The notes under the pieces were generated by a model. It saw only the letters and a list, made by a program, of their open reading frames with translations. It was not told the DNA's origin and made no database searches. This document shows positions 34,255 to 43,129 of a stretch of 60,540 bases of DNA, piece by piece (the stretch's first letter is position 1; each line of letters starts with the position of its first letter). The stretch is taken from positions 1 to 60,540 of the forward strand of contig CADCBS010000004.1 in the NCBI GenBank assembly GCA_902799715.1, read 5' to 3'. A program made the translations under genes and the position numbers. This DNA is from an uncultured bacterium (GTDB lineage Bacteria > Verrucomicrobiota > Kiritimatiellia > RFP12 > UBA1067).

Positions 34255-34605
34255 ATGCATCTGGACGGAAACGCGGACGGCGCAGGGATTTCGGACGAAC
34301 GCATAGGGCTGGAGATGGAACGGCTCCAGCTCGAACGCGAACGGCTCGAGCGCGAGCGCGAACGCGCGGACCGCGAAACCGGGCTCGACGCCAAGGCCGC
34401 CCGGCGCGTCACGATGCTGACGGCCGCCGTAATGGCGGCGGCCGGGCTGATCGCAGGATTCATCCTGGGCATGCAGACATCGGAGTTTCTCCGCAAAAGC
34501 GACGACGAACGCGCGCTGAAGGAAGCCATTTCCGCAATCCCCGAAGAGATAGGGAAGCAGGACGGGCCGACAGGCGGCGTGCCGGCCGCGATCAAGATAC
34601 GCTGA
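34255..34605 (+). CDS. Small coiled-coil protein with one TM helix, function unknown.
   Basis: ERLQLERERLERERERADRE coiled coil followed by TM segment VTMLTAAVMAAAGLIAGFILG. Starts 1 nt after the permease stop. Confidence 0.5.
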   Translation: MHLDGNADGAGISDERIGLEMERLQLERERLERERERADRETGLDAKAARRVTMLTAAVMAAAGLIAGFILGMQTSEFLRKSDDERALKEAISAIPEEIGKQDGPTGGVPAAIKIR

Positions 34606-34618
34606 ACCGGCCGCGCCG

Positions 34619-35278
34619 CTAACGGCCTGCGGCGGCGGACAGCATTCCGGCGGCCGCGCACGCCGCGTCGCGGACCGCGAGATACGCCTGTTTTGCATGG
34701 TCTGCCGCCGCGACGGCGGGAATCGACAGCGGAACCTGCCCCGCGGCGGCGAGAGAGAAGGCGAGAAACGCCGCGTTGGCCGCCAGGATGAGCGTCCAGG
34801 AAAACACCCTGCCGTATTCCTGTATGTCAGGCTGCCTGACAACAAGCGACGACACCGTGAAGCACAGGTGGAACCCCCACAGGAACCCCGCGCCTGCAAG
34901 CCACGCCTGCGGGCACGGAAGCGCCCCGCACGCCAGGCTGGCGCACAGGGCCGCCAACGCCAGCAGAACCGCGTAGAAGGGGAAGAAATACGGGGAAAGG
35001 GTGATCAGCATGTTCGACTTCGAAAGCGCCACGGAGCCGCCGCTCGCCGCGACCTTCAGCCTGCCGACCTTCGCGCCGCAGAGGATCCCGAACAGCGCAT
35101 GGGTAAGCTCGTGCGCAAGGACGTACGCCCGCACGGGGCGCACGCGCACCGCCCACGCCGCGCCGAACGCCATGAACCCGCAGGACGCCCAGAACACCGG
35201 CCCGGCCGTTCCGGCGTCGCCTATTGCGGAAAACACGGCCGGGACGGAAGCGGCCGCGCCCCAGGCCGCCGGCATCAT
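34619..35278 (-). CDS. Polytopic membrane protein with an HExxH motif (M50/DUF3267-like putative zinc metalloprotease).
   Basis: YVLAHELTHALFG motif plus several TM segments. Only the C-terminal 219 aa of the 454-aa track ORF look coding; an upstream TTG start is possible. Confidence 0.55.
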   Translation of the reverse strand: MMPAAWGAAASVPAVFSAIGDAGTAGPVFWASCGFMAFGAAWAVRVRPVRAYVLAHELTHALFGILCGAKVGRLKVAASGGSVALSKSNMLITLSPYFFPFYAVLLALAALCASLACGALPCPQAWLAGAGFLWGFHLCFTVSSLVVRQPDIQEYGRVFSWTLILAANAAFLAFSLAAAGQVPLSIPAVAAADHAKQAYLAVRDAACAAAGMLSAAAGR

Positions 35279-35325
35279 CGCGACTCCCGCGATAAAGCGC
35301 AAAAAGCCCAATGCCGCGCCCCGCG

Positions 35326-35610
35326 TCAGTCCTCGAAAATGAAAACGGTCTCGCCGGGGAACACCCGGCGGGCCTTGCGCGCCACGTATTCCACGAACGC
35401 GGGGTCTTTCTTGAAGCGTTCGCGGTTCTCGCGCAGCCTGGCGATTTCGGCGCGCTTGGCGTTTATGCGCCTTGCAATCTCTTCGCGCTTGCGGCAGATG
35501 CTGTCGCCGCGGTTGAATTTCGGCACGCAGAATATCGCGCCGGCGGCGACAACCCCTGCCACGGCGAGCCACCAGGTGACGACGAGCACTTTGGCGTAGA
35601 ATTTTTCCAT
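35326..35610 (-). CDS. ftsB: Septum formation initiator (FtsB/DivIC family).
   Basis: N-terminal TM, coiled coil (REEIARRINAKRAEIARLRENRERF), and conserved C-terminal DPAFVEYVARKARRVFPGETVF. Confidence 0.75.
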   Translation of the reverse strand: MEKFYAKVLVVTWWLAVAGVVAAGAIFCVPKFNRGDSICRKREEIARRINAKRAEIARLRENRERFKKDPAFVEYVARKARRVFPGETVFIFED

Positions 35611-35616
35611 GTAATG

Positions 35617-35646
35617 ATTTTACCCCCGCGGCGGTGCGGATGTCAA
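35617..35646 (-). promoter_or_regulatory. Consensus promoter: -35 TTGACA (35646..35641), 18-nt spacer, -10 TAAAAT (35622..35617). It ends 6 nt before the ftsB-like ATG (leaderless).
   Basis: Reverse complement read directly. No SD is present. Confidence 0.6.
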
Positions 35647-35688
35647 GCAATTCCCGCGCCCCGCGGAAGGCGCGGAAAGAACGCGATA

Positions 35689-35717
35689 TGGAAAAAAAGC
35701 CCCGCATTTGGTAGAAT
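35689..35717 (+). promoter_or_regulatory. Promoter: -35 TGGAAA, 17-nt spacer, extended -10 TGgTAGAAT (35709-35717).
   Basis: Read directly. GGAGGGAAGGG SD before ATG 35742. Confidence 0.55.
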
Positions 35718-35741
35718 TTCCGGCATGGAGGGAAGGGACAA

Positions 35742-36200
35742 ATGAAGAAAACCATTGTCGCCGCGCTGCTCGCGGCATTGTCGGCGGCCGCTCCGGCCGC
35801 GTACGGGGCGGAAAAAGAAAACGACGGCGGAAGGATATGGCTGCCGATCGGGCTGTCGATCGTCGCGCCGCCCGTGCAGCTGCCCAGTCCGTCGCACACG
35901 GTGTTCGGCGGGATGGTGAATCTCGGATACGGACAGGTGGAAAACATCGCGATACTCGATGCCGGAATCGCGAACAACGTCACCGGTACGATGTGCGGCG
36001 TGCAGGCCGGCGCGCTGAACTTCGCCGGAAACGCCTACGGCGTGCAGGCGGGCGTCTTCAACTCCGCCGACGTCACGGCCGGCCTGCAGATCGGCGTGCT
36101 GAATTTCACAGGCGATCTCCACGGCGTGCAGATAGGCGTGCTGAACTTCAGCAGTTCGGGCGGCGCGCTCGTGTTCCCGATCGTGAACATCGGCTTCTGA
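35742..36200 (+). CDS. Secreted protein made of short G(V/L)Q(A/I)G(A/V)(L/F)N repeats; resembles LA_2272-type surface repeat proteins.
   Basis: Signal MKKTIVAALLAALSAAAPAAYG. Repeated GVQAGALNF / GVQAGVFNS / GLQIGVLNF / GVQIGVLNF. Confidence 0.65.
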   Translation: MKKTIVAALLAALSAAAPAAYGAEKENDGGRIWLPIGLSIVAPPVQLPSPSHTVFGGMVNLGYGQVENIAILDAGIANNVTGTMCGVQAGALNFAGNAYGVQAGVFNSADVTAGLQIGVLNFTGDLHGVQIGVLNFSSSGGALVFPIVNIGF

Positions 36201-36253
36201 CATCGTCCGGCGGGCGCAGGCGCCCGGCCCGGGAACCAGAAAGGATCATGCAC

Positions 36254-37696
36254 ATGGACAGACGGCTTGTCACTATCGTTTCGGCGTTGGCGCTGATTCC
36301 GCCGGCGTCCGGAATCCAGGCGTTCGAAATCGGCGAGGCGCTTTCCGGCGAGGCGTTCTGGAAGTCCGACCCGGTGATGTTCGTCCAGAACCACCGCGAA
36401 CAGGGCTTCAAATTCACCTCGGAAAGCCGCAAGGGCGCCGACACGCGCCTCGACGGCGCCGTGACGTATTTCGGGATACCGGTGTTCGAGAGCCGCATCG
36501 AATTCACCGGCGACGGAACCGGCATCGAGCGGGTGGAGCTTACGCTCTACAGCACGGCCGGGACGGAATCCTTCGAGGAGAGGGGGACCGGCGAGGGCAC
36601 GATGCGCAGGCTGGTGCGCAACGAGAAGACGATCACGCGCGAGGGGTTCCGCAAGATACTGTCCGACACGAGGGCCAGGCTTACGCCGGCCGGCAGGAAG
36701 AATCCGCAGGCCGTGCCGGTGCCCGTGAAGGGGCAGGGGCAGGTGCAGCGGGTCCAGACGTGGCCCAAGACGGACATCCCGACCGTCACGTCCATGACAT
36801 GGAGTTTTTCGCAGGACGGCGGCCGGGCGGAGACGTTCAAGCCCGGGTTCGTGCGCGTGGCGGTGGACGGCCCGGCGAGGCTCGCCGCAGGCGCAGGCGG
36901 CATGTCGCGCGGCGGCAGGACCGCGAGACAGGTCGCGAAGTCGCGCAAGTCGGTGAAGGAGAATGTCGTACGCGATCCGCGCGGCGACGTTTTCGTGGAC
37001 AACGTGCCGATGGTGGACCAGGGGCAGAAGGGATACTGCGCGGCCGCGGCCGCCGAACGCGTGCTGCGCTACTACGGCGTGGAAGTGGACGAGCATGAAA
37101 TCGGACAGAGCGCCGGAACCTCCGCGGAGGGCGGCACCACGGCCAAGGGCATGAAGGACGCGGTCGACGCGATCGGGCGGCGTTTCAAGCTCGCCACCGT
37201 GACGCTGTACGGCGATTTCGAGAAATCCACCGACGAACAGGTCAAAGGGCTCGAGAAGGCGGTGGACAGCTACAACAAGACCGCGAAGAAACTCAGGAAG
37301 CCGACGATCGGCAAGGACGTCTACATCAAGCGGCAGGGCGGCGCGCTCGCATACGACGCGGTGGCGCTGGACGAGGCGATGGACGCCGAGGTGCTGAAGG
37401 AAATGAAGGTGAACGGCGCCCAGAAATCGCGCTACATGAAGTTCATGAAAGACGTGCGCCAGTACGTCAACGAAGGGATGCCGCTCTTCTGGAGCGTGAC
37501 GCTGGGCAGGTATCCCGAGGCGGATCTTCCGCAGGCGAGCGGCGGGCACATGCGCCTTATCATCGGCTACAACGACAAGAAGCGCGAGATACTCTATTCC
37601 GACACCTGGGGCAAGGGGCACGAACTGAAGCGCATGCCGGCCGACTGGGCCTGGACGATTTCGAACTGCCTGATGGTGATGAAGCCGCTCCGCTGA
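36254..37696 (+). CDS. Secreted protein with a C-terminal papain-fold cysteine peptidase domain (C39-like).
   Basis: Signal MDRRLVTIVSALALIPPASG. Candidate catalytic Cys in QKGYCAAAAAERVLRYYG and His in GGHMRLIIGYND. AAAGGA SD. An alternative ATG lies at 36248. Confidence 0.6.
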   Translation: MDRRLVTIVSALALIPPASGIQAFEIGEALSGEAFWKSDPVMFVQNHREQGFKFTSESRKGADTRLDGAVTYFGIPVFESRIEFTGDGTGIERVELTLYSTAGTESFEERGTGEGTMRRLVRNEKTITREGFRKILSDTRARLTPAGRKNPQAVPVPVKGQGQVQRVQTWPKTDIPTVTSMTWSFSQDGGRAETFKPGFVRVAVDGPARLAAGAGGMSRGGRTARQVAKSRKSVKENVVRDPRGDVFVDNVPMVDQGQKGYCAAAAAERVLRYYGVEVDEHEIGQSAGTSAEGGTTAKGMKDAVDAIGRRFKLATVTLYGDFEKSTDEQVKGLEKAVDSYNKTAKKLRKPTIGKDVYIKRQGGALAYDAVALDEAMDAEVLKEMKVNGAQKSRYMKFMKDVRQYVNEGMPLFWSVTLGRYPEADLPQASGGHMRLIIGYNDKKREILYSDTWGKGHELKRMPADWAWTISNCLMVMKPLR

Positions 37697-37706
37697 CCGG
37701 CGGCTT

Positions 37707-38450
37707 CTACGCAAGCGCCCGCGCCGCCGCGACGGCCGCCGCGAGCGCTATCGCCGCGGTGTCGCTGCGCAGTATGCGCGGGCCGAGGGAGATGCGCGCG
37801 AAGCTTTCCTTCTCCAGCATCCCGAGCTCGGCGTCCGTCCAGCCGCCTTCCGGCCCTATCGCGAGCACGGGGACCGTGCCGGCCGCGGCCCGGAGATCCG
37901 CGCCGGGATCGCGCGAAGGATGCGCCGCGAACCGCGCGGGCTGGCCTTCGAACATCCGCGCAAGCGCCCCGGAACGCGCGAACGCGGCGAAATCCCTGTG
38001 CGCGGAAACCAGCGGCAGGACCGTCGCGCCAGACTGCATGAGCCCTTCGACCATGCAAGGGCGGGCGACGCCGGGATCGACGATCTTCGCCCCCCAGTAC
38101 GCCTTTTCCGTCTTCTCCGCCCACACGAGCGCGATGCGCCTTGCGCCCATGGCGGTTATCTGCGGCAGCAGGCGCTTGTAGGAACGCGGGCGCGGCATCG
38201 CCAGCAGCAGGTCGAACCACGGCGCCGGCGCTTCGTCGCCGTGGGAAGTCTGTATGGACACCGCGCCTTCCGGCGAGACTGAAAGTATCCGCGAAACGCC
38301 GGCCGGGCCGTCCACCACGCCGGTTTTCAGCGGGCAGCCCGCCTCCGCCTTCAGGACGGTCCTGACATGCACGGCCCGCACGTCGTCCGGCGCGAGGCGC
38401 GCCGTGCCGTCCGCGCCGATCTCCTCCCGCTCGAAAAGGATGCGGTTCAC
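37707..38450 (-). CDS. rsmE: 16S rRNA (uracil1498-N3)-methyltransferase RsmE.
   Basis: GPEGGWTDAE and LGPRILRSDTAAIA motifs. GTG start in a GTGA overlap with the upstream stop. Confidence 0.75.
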   Translation of the reverse strand: MNRILFEREEIGADGTARLAPDDVRAVHVRTVLKAEAGCPLKTGVVDGPAGVSRILSVSPEGAVSIQTSHGDEAPAPWFDLLLAMPRPRSYKRLLPQITAMGARRIALVWAEKTEKAYWGAKIVDPGVARPCMVEGLMQSGATVLPLVSAHRDFAAFARSGALARMFEGQPARFAAHPSRDPGADLRAAAGTVPVLAIGPEGGWTDAELGMLEKESFARISLGPRILRSDTAAIALAAAVAAARALA

Positions 38451-39706
38451 TTGCCCTGCTTCCGCATGGACTCCGGCATCACGCGCGAGACGGATTTCAG
38501 GGAATCGTCGAAAACGTCGTTCGCCACGGCCGACACGTCGGCGGCCGTCACGGACTCGATGTCGTCCACGATTTCCTCGATGGTGCAGATGCGCCCGTAG
38601 CACAGCACGGACGGCCCGGCGTGGAACACGCGGCTGCGGGGCGACTCCAATGACAGGCGGAACGTCCCTTCGAGATAATCCTTCGTGCGGCGGAGTTCGG
38701 CGGCGGAAGGCTTGTGCGCCTTTATGCGGGCGAGTTCCCTGTCGATCGCCGCCCGGGCCTTGGATTCGTTCGCCGGGTCGAGGCCAAGGAACACCGCCCA
38801 CGCGCCTGTGTCGTCGAAGTACTGCGCGGTGCTGTGCACGTCGTAGCTCAGCCCGCGCTTCTCGCGTATGCTCTGGAACAGGCGCGACGACATCGACCTG
38901 CCCATCATGGCGTCGAGCACGTTCAGCGCCCAGCGGCGCGGATCGTTCCGGCCGAACGTCCTGTACCCTATCGCAAGCTGCATCTGCTGCACGTCGCGGT
39001 ACGCGTCCGTCTGCGGCTTCGGCGGGCGGCGGACGGGAAAAGCCGGCGAGCGCGGCGGACGGCCGCCTGAAAGCGTCCCGAAGAATTTCTCCGCGAGGGC
39101 TTTGGCGTCTCCGGGGTCGAAATTGCCCGACACTGCGATCACGGTGGCGGAAGGCACGTACGACTTCGCGATGTACGCGCGCAGCGTCTCGGGCGTCATC
39201 CCGGCGAGCGTCTCCTCCGTGCCGATAACCGGGCGCGCGAGGGGATGCCCGCAGAAGAGCGCGGCGCTCAGGTTTTCGTCGACGACGCTCGAAGGGTCGT
39301 CGTCGTACATCTTCATCTCCTCCAGCACCACGCGGCGTTCGCGCTCGAACTCGACGCCGGGGATGGAGGCGTTCATGTACATGTCGGCGATGATCTCCGC
39401 CGCCGTGGGCAGGAATTCGCACGGCATGGTGGCGTAGAAGAGCGTGGACTCCTCGCCGGTGGCCGCGTTGAAGCCGCCGCCGCGCCCTTCGATCGCCTGC
39501 GAAATCTCGAGCGCCGTGCGCGTGGGCGTGCCCTTGAAGAGCATGTGCTCGATGAAGTGCGATATGCCGCCGAGCGCGGCGGGCTCGTGCCGCGAACCCG
39601 ACTTCACGAACACGGCGAACGTCACCGACTCGGCGTTCGGGTCCGGCATCAGCGCCATGCGGGCGCCGTTGCGCAATTTTTCAAGCGTTGCGGGAAACAT
39701 CTTCAA
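38447..39706 (-). CDS. M16 family (pitrilysin-like) zinc peptidase.
   Basis: HxxEH motif in GISHFIEHMLFKGT. 419 aa. Confidence 0.85.
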   Translation of the reverse strand: MKMFPATLEKLRNGARMALMPDPNAESVTFAVFVKSGSRHEPAALGGISHFIEHMLFKGTPTRTALEISQAIEGRGGGFNAATGEESTLFYATMPCEFLPTAAEIIADMYMNASIPGVEFERERRVVLEEMKMYDDDPSSVVDENLSAALFCGHPLARPVIGTEETLAGMTPETLRAYIAKSYVPSATVIAVSGNFDPGDAKALAEKFFGTLSGGRPPRSPAFPVRRPPKPQTDAYRDVQQMQLAIGYRTFGRNDPRRWALNVLDAMMGRSMSSRLFQSIREKRGLSYDVHSTAQYFDDTGAWAVFLGLDPANESKARAAIDRELARIKAHKPSAAELRRTKDYLEGTFRLSLESPRSRVFHAGPSVLCYGRICTIEEIVDDIESVTAADVSAVANDVFDDSLKSVSRVMPESMRKQGK

Positions 39707-40412
39707 GTTCCTTCAGGGTTGTGGCGCCGTCGTACAGCGCCTTTCCGACTATGGCCGCGCGCAGGTTGGGCCTGCCGAGCGCGGCGAGCGCGCGGACGTC
39801 CGCGGGGGAGGACACGCCGCCGGAGGCGGTCACGGACGCGTGGGGCGCGGCGTCGCACACGGCGGCGGTCTGCTCCAGGTTCGGCCCGCGCAGCATGCCG
39901 TCCGTCGCGGTGTCGGTGTAGATTATCGTCTGCACGCCCAGGGCGTCCATATTCGCGGCGAGGTCCACCGCCGGAGTCCCCGAAGTGCTGGTCCAGCCGC
40001 GCGTCTGCACGAAACCTCCGCGCGCGTCGATGCCCACTGCTATCCTGGCGCCGAAGCGCTCCACGGCGCGCGCGGTGAAATCCGGATCCTCGATCGCGGC
40101 GGAGCCGAGTATCGCCCTCGCCGCGCCGGCGGCCAGCACGGCCTCGACGCATTCCATGCCGCGCAGGCCGCCGCCAACCTCCACGGGCCGGCCGAACGCC
40201 TCTATTATCGCGCGGATCGCGTCCGCGTGGCGCGGCGCGCCGCCGAATGCGCCGTCCAGGTCCACCACGTGGAGCTCCGCCGCGCCTTGCGCGCGCCAGT
40301 CGCGCGCCTGCGCCGCGGGGTCGGCGCAGTACACCGTCTCGTCCTCGGCCCGCCCCTGCCGCAGGCGCACGCACCTGCCGCCTTTCAAGTCTATCGCTGG
40401 CAATATGGTCAT
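39681..40412 (-). CDS. hisA: 1-(5-phosphoribosyl)-5-[(5-phosphoribosylamino)methylideneamino]imidazole-4-carboxamide isomerase.
   Basis: MTILPAIDLKGGRCVRLRQG..., 243 aa, adjacent to hisB. Confidence 0.85.
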   Translation of the reverse strand: MTILPAIDLKGGRCVRLRQGRAEDETVYCADPAAQARDWRAQGAAELHVVDLDGAFGGAPRHADAIRAIIEAFGRPVEVGGGLRGMECVEAVLAAGAARAILGSAAIEDPDFTARAVERFGARIAVGIDARGGFVQTRGWTSTSGTPAVDLAANMDALGVQTIIYTDTATDGMLRGPNLEQTAAVCDAAPHASVTASGGVSSPADVRALAALGRPNLRAAIVGKALYDGATTLKELEDVSRNA

Positions 40413-40433
40413 GCCGCCTCCGCGCCTTTCCGG

Positions 40434-41015
40434 TCAGATCACGCCCTTCGACGACGGCACGCCGCTTTCGCGCGGATCGTCCTCCGCCGCCTGCCGCAAC
40501 GCGCGCGCGAACGCCTTGAAGATGCCTTCGCACACGTGGTGCGCCTCGTCGCCGCATATCTGGCGCAGGTGGATGTTCATCCGCCCCTCCACCGACACCG
40601 CGCGGAAGAATTCGTCGAGCAGCTTCACTTCGAAATCGCGCACCTTCGCGTGCTTCATCGCGCACTGGAACGTCTCGTACGGGCGCCCGCCCAGATCGAT
40701 CGAAGCCTCGCACAGCGCCTCGTCCATCGGTATCGAAGCGAAGCCGTACCTGCGTATGCCGCGCCTTTCGCCGAGCGCCTTGTCGATGGCCTTGCCTATC
40801 ACAAGCCCCACGTCCTCCACCGTGTGGTGGTAGTCCACGTCTATGTCGCCTTCGGCCTTGACTTCGAGGCCGGCCGCCGCATGCTTGCCGAGAAGCTCCA
40901 GCATGTGGTCGAAGAATCCGATCCCGGTCGCCGCCGACACGGCGCCGCCGTCAAGGTCCAGCGCGACGCGCACGGACGTTTCTTTTGTAGTGCGTTCTAT
41001 TTCGGCTTTTCTCAT
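40434..41015 (-). CDS. hisB: Imidazoleglycerol-phosphate dehydratase.
   Basis: RKAEIERTTKETSVRVALDLDG and GIGFFDHML motifs. Confidence 0.9.
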   Translation of the reverse strand: MRKAEIERTTKETSVRVALDLDGGAVSAATGIGFFDHMLELLGKHAAAGLEVKAEGDIDVDYHHTVEDVGLVIGKAIDKALGERRGIRRYGFASIPMDEALCEASIDLGGRPYETFQCAMKHAKVRDFEVKLLDEFFRAVSVEGRMNIHLRQICGDEAHHVCEGIFKAFARALRQAAEDDPRESGVPSSKGVI

Positions 41016-41058
41016 AGTCTATGTCTCCATGCGAAAGCATCCGCCGCCGCGCCGGGCG

Positions 41059-43110
41059 TCATGCGCGCCCGCGACGGCCGCGGCCTGCCCTCTTGCCTTC
41101 CGCGCCGGAAGTCTTGCGTCCGCCATTTCCCTGCCGGCGCGCCGGGCGGCCGGCCGCTCCGCCGTCCGGACCGCCGGCCGGGACGAAATCGGCGCGGCGC
41201 GCGTCGATGTCCACAGTCTTCACGCGCACGCGCATCCGCGTGCCGGCGCTCCACGCGTCGCGCCCGGCCGAAAGTTCCCCGCGCCCCGCGTCGAACCGCA
41301 CGTACGCGCCCGAAAGGTCCGCGATATGCACAAGCCCGCCCACGGCGAGGTCCGGTATGTCGATGAACGCGCCGGCGCTGGTGCATTTCGCCACCACGGC
41401 TTCGTATTCGCGCAGGTCGCCTATCTCGATCTGCTTCGCGAGGAAGCGGAACTTCTTTATCTCGGTAAGCGCGCGCTCCGCCTCGTCGGCCGCCTGCTCG
41501 CGCTCGCTGCAGTGCTTCGCCGCGGCGGACAGGTACTGCGGGCGCTCCTTCGGGGACTTCCCGGACAGGATCGCCGCGAGCTGCCTGTGGACCGTGAGGT
41601 CGGGATACCTGCGGATGGGGGAGGTGAAGTGCGTGTAGTCGGTTTTCGCGAGGCCGAAATGCCCGCTTTCCTCCGAAGAATAGCATGCGCGCTTCATCGA
41701 GCGCAGTATCTGCATCGACACCGTCGATTCAAGCGGCGAGCCTTTCATCTTCTCGAGAAGGGCCGGTATCGCGCGCGGGCGCGAAAGGTCGCCGGTCTTC
41801 ACGCCGGCAAGGCGCAGGGCGCCGGAAAGCTCCTGCAGCCTGTCGGGGTCGGGCTTTTCGTGGTAGCGCGCCAGCGAGCGCACGCGCCGCGAGCGCAGCT
41901 CCGCCGCCACGGCCTCGTTCGCCGCAACCATGCATTCCTCCACGAGGCGGTGGGCGTCGTCGGGGCGCTCCGTGCGCACGTCGGAGATTTCGCCGTTCTC
42001 GTCGAGTTTGATGGACACTTCGGGCAGTTCCATCTCGAGCGATCCCGCGGCCTTCCTGTTCGCGGTCATCTGCCGGGCGAGCGCGCCGAGTTCGCGCAGG
42101 CGCTCCAGGTTCTCCGGCGCGATCGCGATGCCGGGCAGCCTGCCGCCGCGCAGTATCTCCAAAAGCTGCGAATACTCGAGGCGCAGGCTCGAACGCACGA
42201 GCGTGCGCGCGAACGAGCGCGCCACGGGCACGCCTTTCGCGTCGAACGTGATGAACACCGACATCGCGCAGCGCGTCTTGCCGGGAAGCAGCGAGCACAC
42301 GCCGTTCGAAAGCTGTTCGGGCAGCATCGGCACAACCCTGTCGCAAAGGTACACGGACGTCCCGCGCTCGTACGCCTCGGCGTCTATCGCCGAACCGCGC
42401 CTTATCCAGCGCGACACGTCGGCGATGTGCACCCCGAGCACGCGCCGCCCGCGGCCGTCGCGCTCGAGCGAAAGCGCGTCGTCGAAATCGCGGGCCTCCG
42501 CCGGGTCGCACGTGAACACGAACTTGCGCCGGAAGTCCGTGCGCGAGCGCGCGTCGTCGGGGATCTCCCTGATGCGCTCGGCCTCTTCCGCCGCCGCCTC
42601 GGGGAACGCCTCCGGCAGGCCGTACTGCTTCATCACGGATATCGTGTCCAGCGACGGCTTCGAGGCCGGGCCGATGATCTCCGTTATCTCGCCCTCCGGC
42701 GCCACGTGGCGGTTCTCCCAGCGCACGAAGCGCATCACGACGCGGTCGCCCTCTTTCGCGCCTTTCGTGTCGGCCACGTAGAAATCGCGGTGGTACGCCG
42801 GGTTCAGCGGGATCACGCAGGAAAAGCGCCCTATCCCCGCGAGCGTCCCCACGATGTCGCGCTCGGACCGCTCCAGCACCTTCTCCACCCTGCCGGCGGT
42901 CTCGCCTTTCGCCGGATGGAACAGCCGCACCGAAACCGTGTCGCCGGGAAGCGCCGTCCCCAGGTCGCGCTGCTCCACCCACACCTGCGCGCCGGTCTCC
43001 GGATGCGTTATCCACCCGGCCCCGTTGCGCGCGAACTTTATGCACGCCGCCACGGTGTCGCCCGCCGTGCGCCTGCGCTTCTTCGCGCCGTCTGCGCGTC
43101 TGTCTTCCAT
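41059..43110 (-). CDS. rnr: Ribonuclease R (RNase II/RNB family exoribonuclease with an S1 domain and a basic tail).
   Basis: RNB-domain motifs (DPAEARDFDDALS, HFGLA..YTHFTSPIRRYPD), a C-terminal S1-like region and an Arg/Gly-rich tail. Confidence 0.85.
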   Translation of the reverse strand: MEDRRADGAKKRRRTAGDTVAACIKFARNGAGWITHPETGAQVWVEQRDLGTALPGDTVSVRLFHPAKGETAGRVEKVLERSERDIVGTLAGIGRFSCVIPLNPAYHRDFYVADTKGAKEGDRVVMRFVRWENRHVAPEGEITEIIGPASKPSLDTISVMKQYGLPEAFPEAAAEEAERIREIPDDARSRTDFRRKFVFTCDPAEARDFDDALSLERDGRGRRVLGVHIADVSRWIRRGSAIDAEAYERGTSVYLCDRVVPMLPEQLSNGVCSLLPGKTRCAMSVFITFDAKGVPVARSFARTLVRSSLRLEYSQLLEILRGGRLPGIAIAPENLERLRELGALARQMTANRKAAGSLEMELPEVSIKLDENGEISDVRTERPDDAHRLVEECMVAANEAVAAELRSRRVRSLARYHEKPDPDRLQELSGALRLAGVKTGDLSRPRAIPALLEKMKGSPLESTVSMQILRSMKRACYSSEESGHFGLAKTDYTHFTSPIRRYPDLTVHRQLAAILSGKSPKERPQYLSAAAKHCSEREQAADEAERALTEIKKFRFLAKQIEIGDLREYEAVVAKCTSAGAFIDIPDLAVGGLVHIADLSGAYVRFDAGRGELSAGRDAWSAGTRMRVRVKTVDIDARRADFVPAGGPDGGAAGRPARRQGNGGRKTSGAEGKRAGRGRRGRA

Positions 43111-43129
43111 CGCCGGAAACCCCTGCCGT

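Noticed and set aside
35279-35983. N-terminal 235 aa of the 454-aa minus-strand ORF 34619..35983.
   Set aside because: It overlaps the well-supported ftsB-like gene in another frame and is Arg/Ala-rich. Only the C-terminal HExxH membrane part looks genuine.
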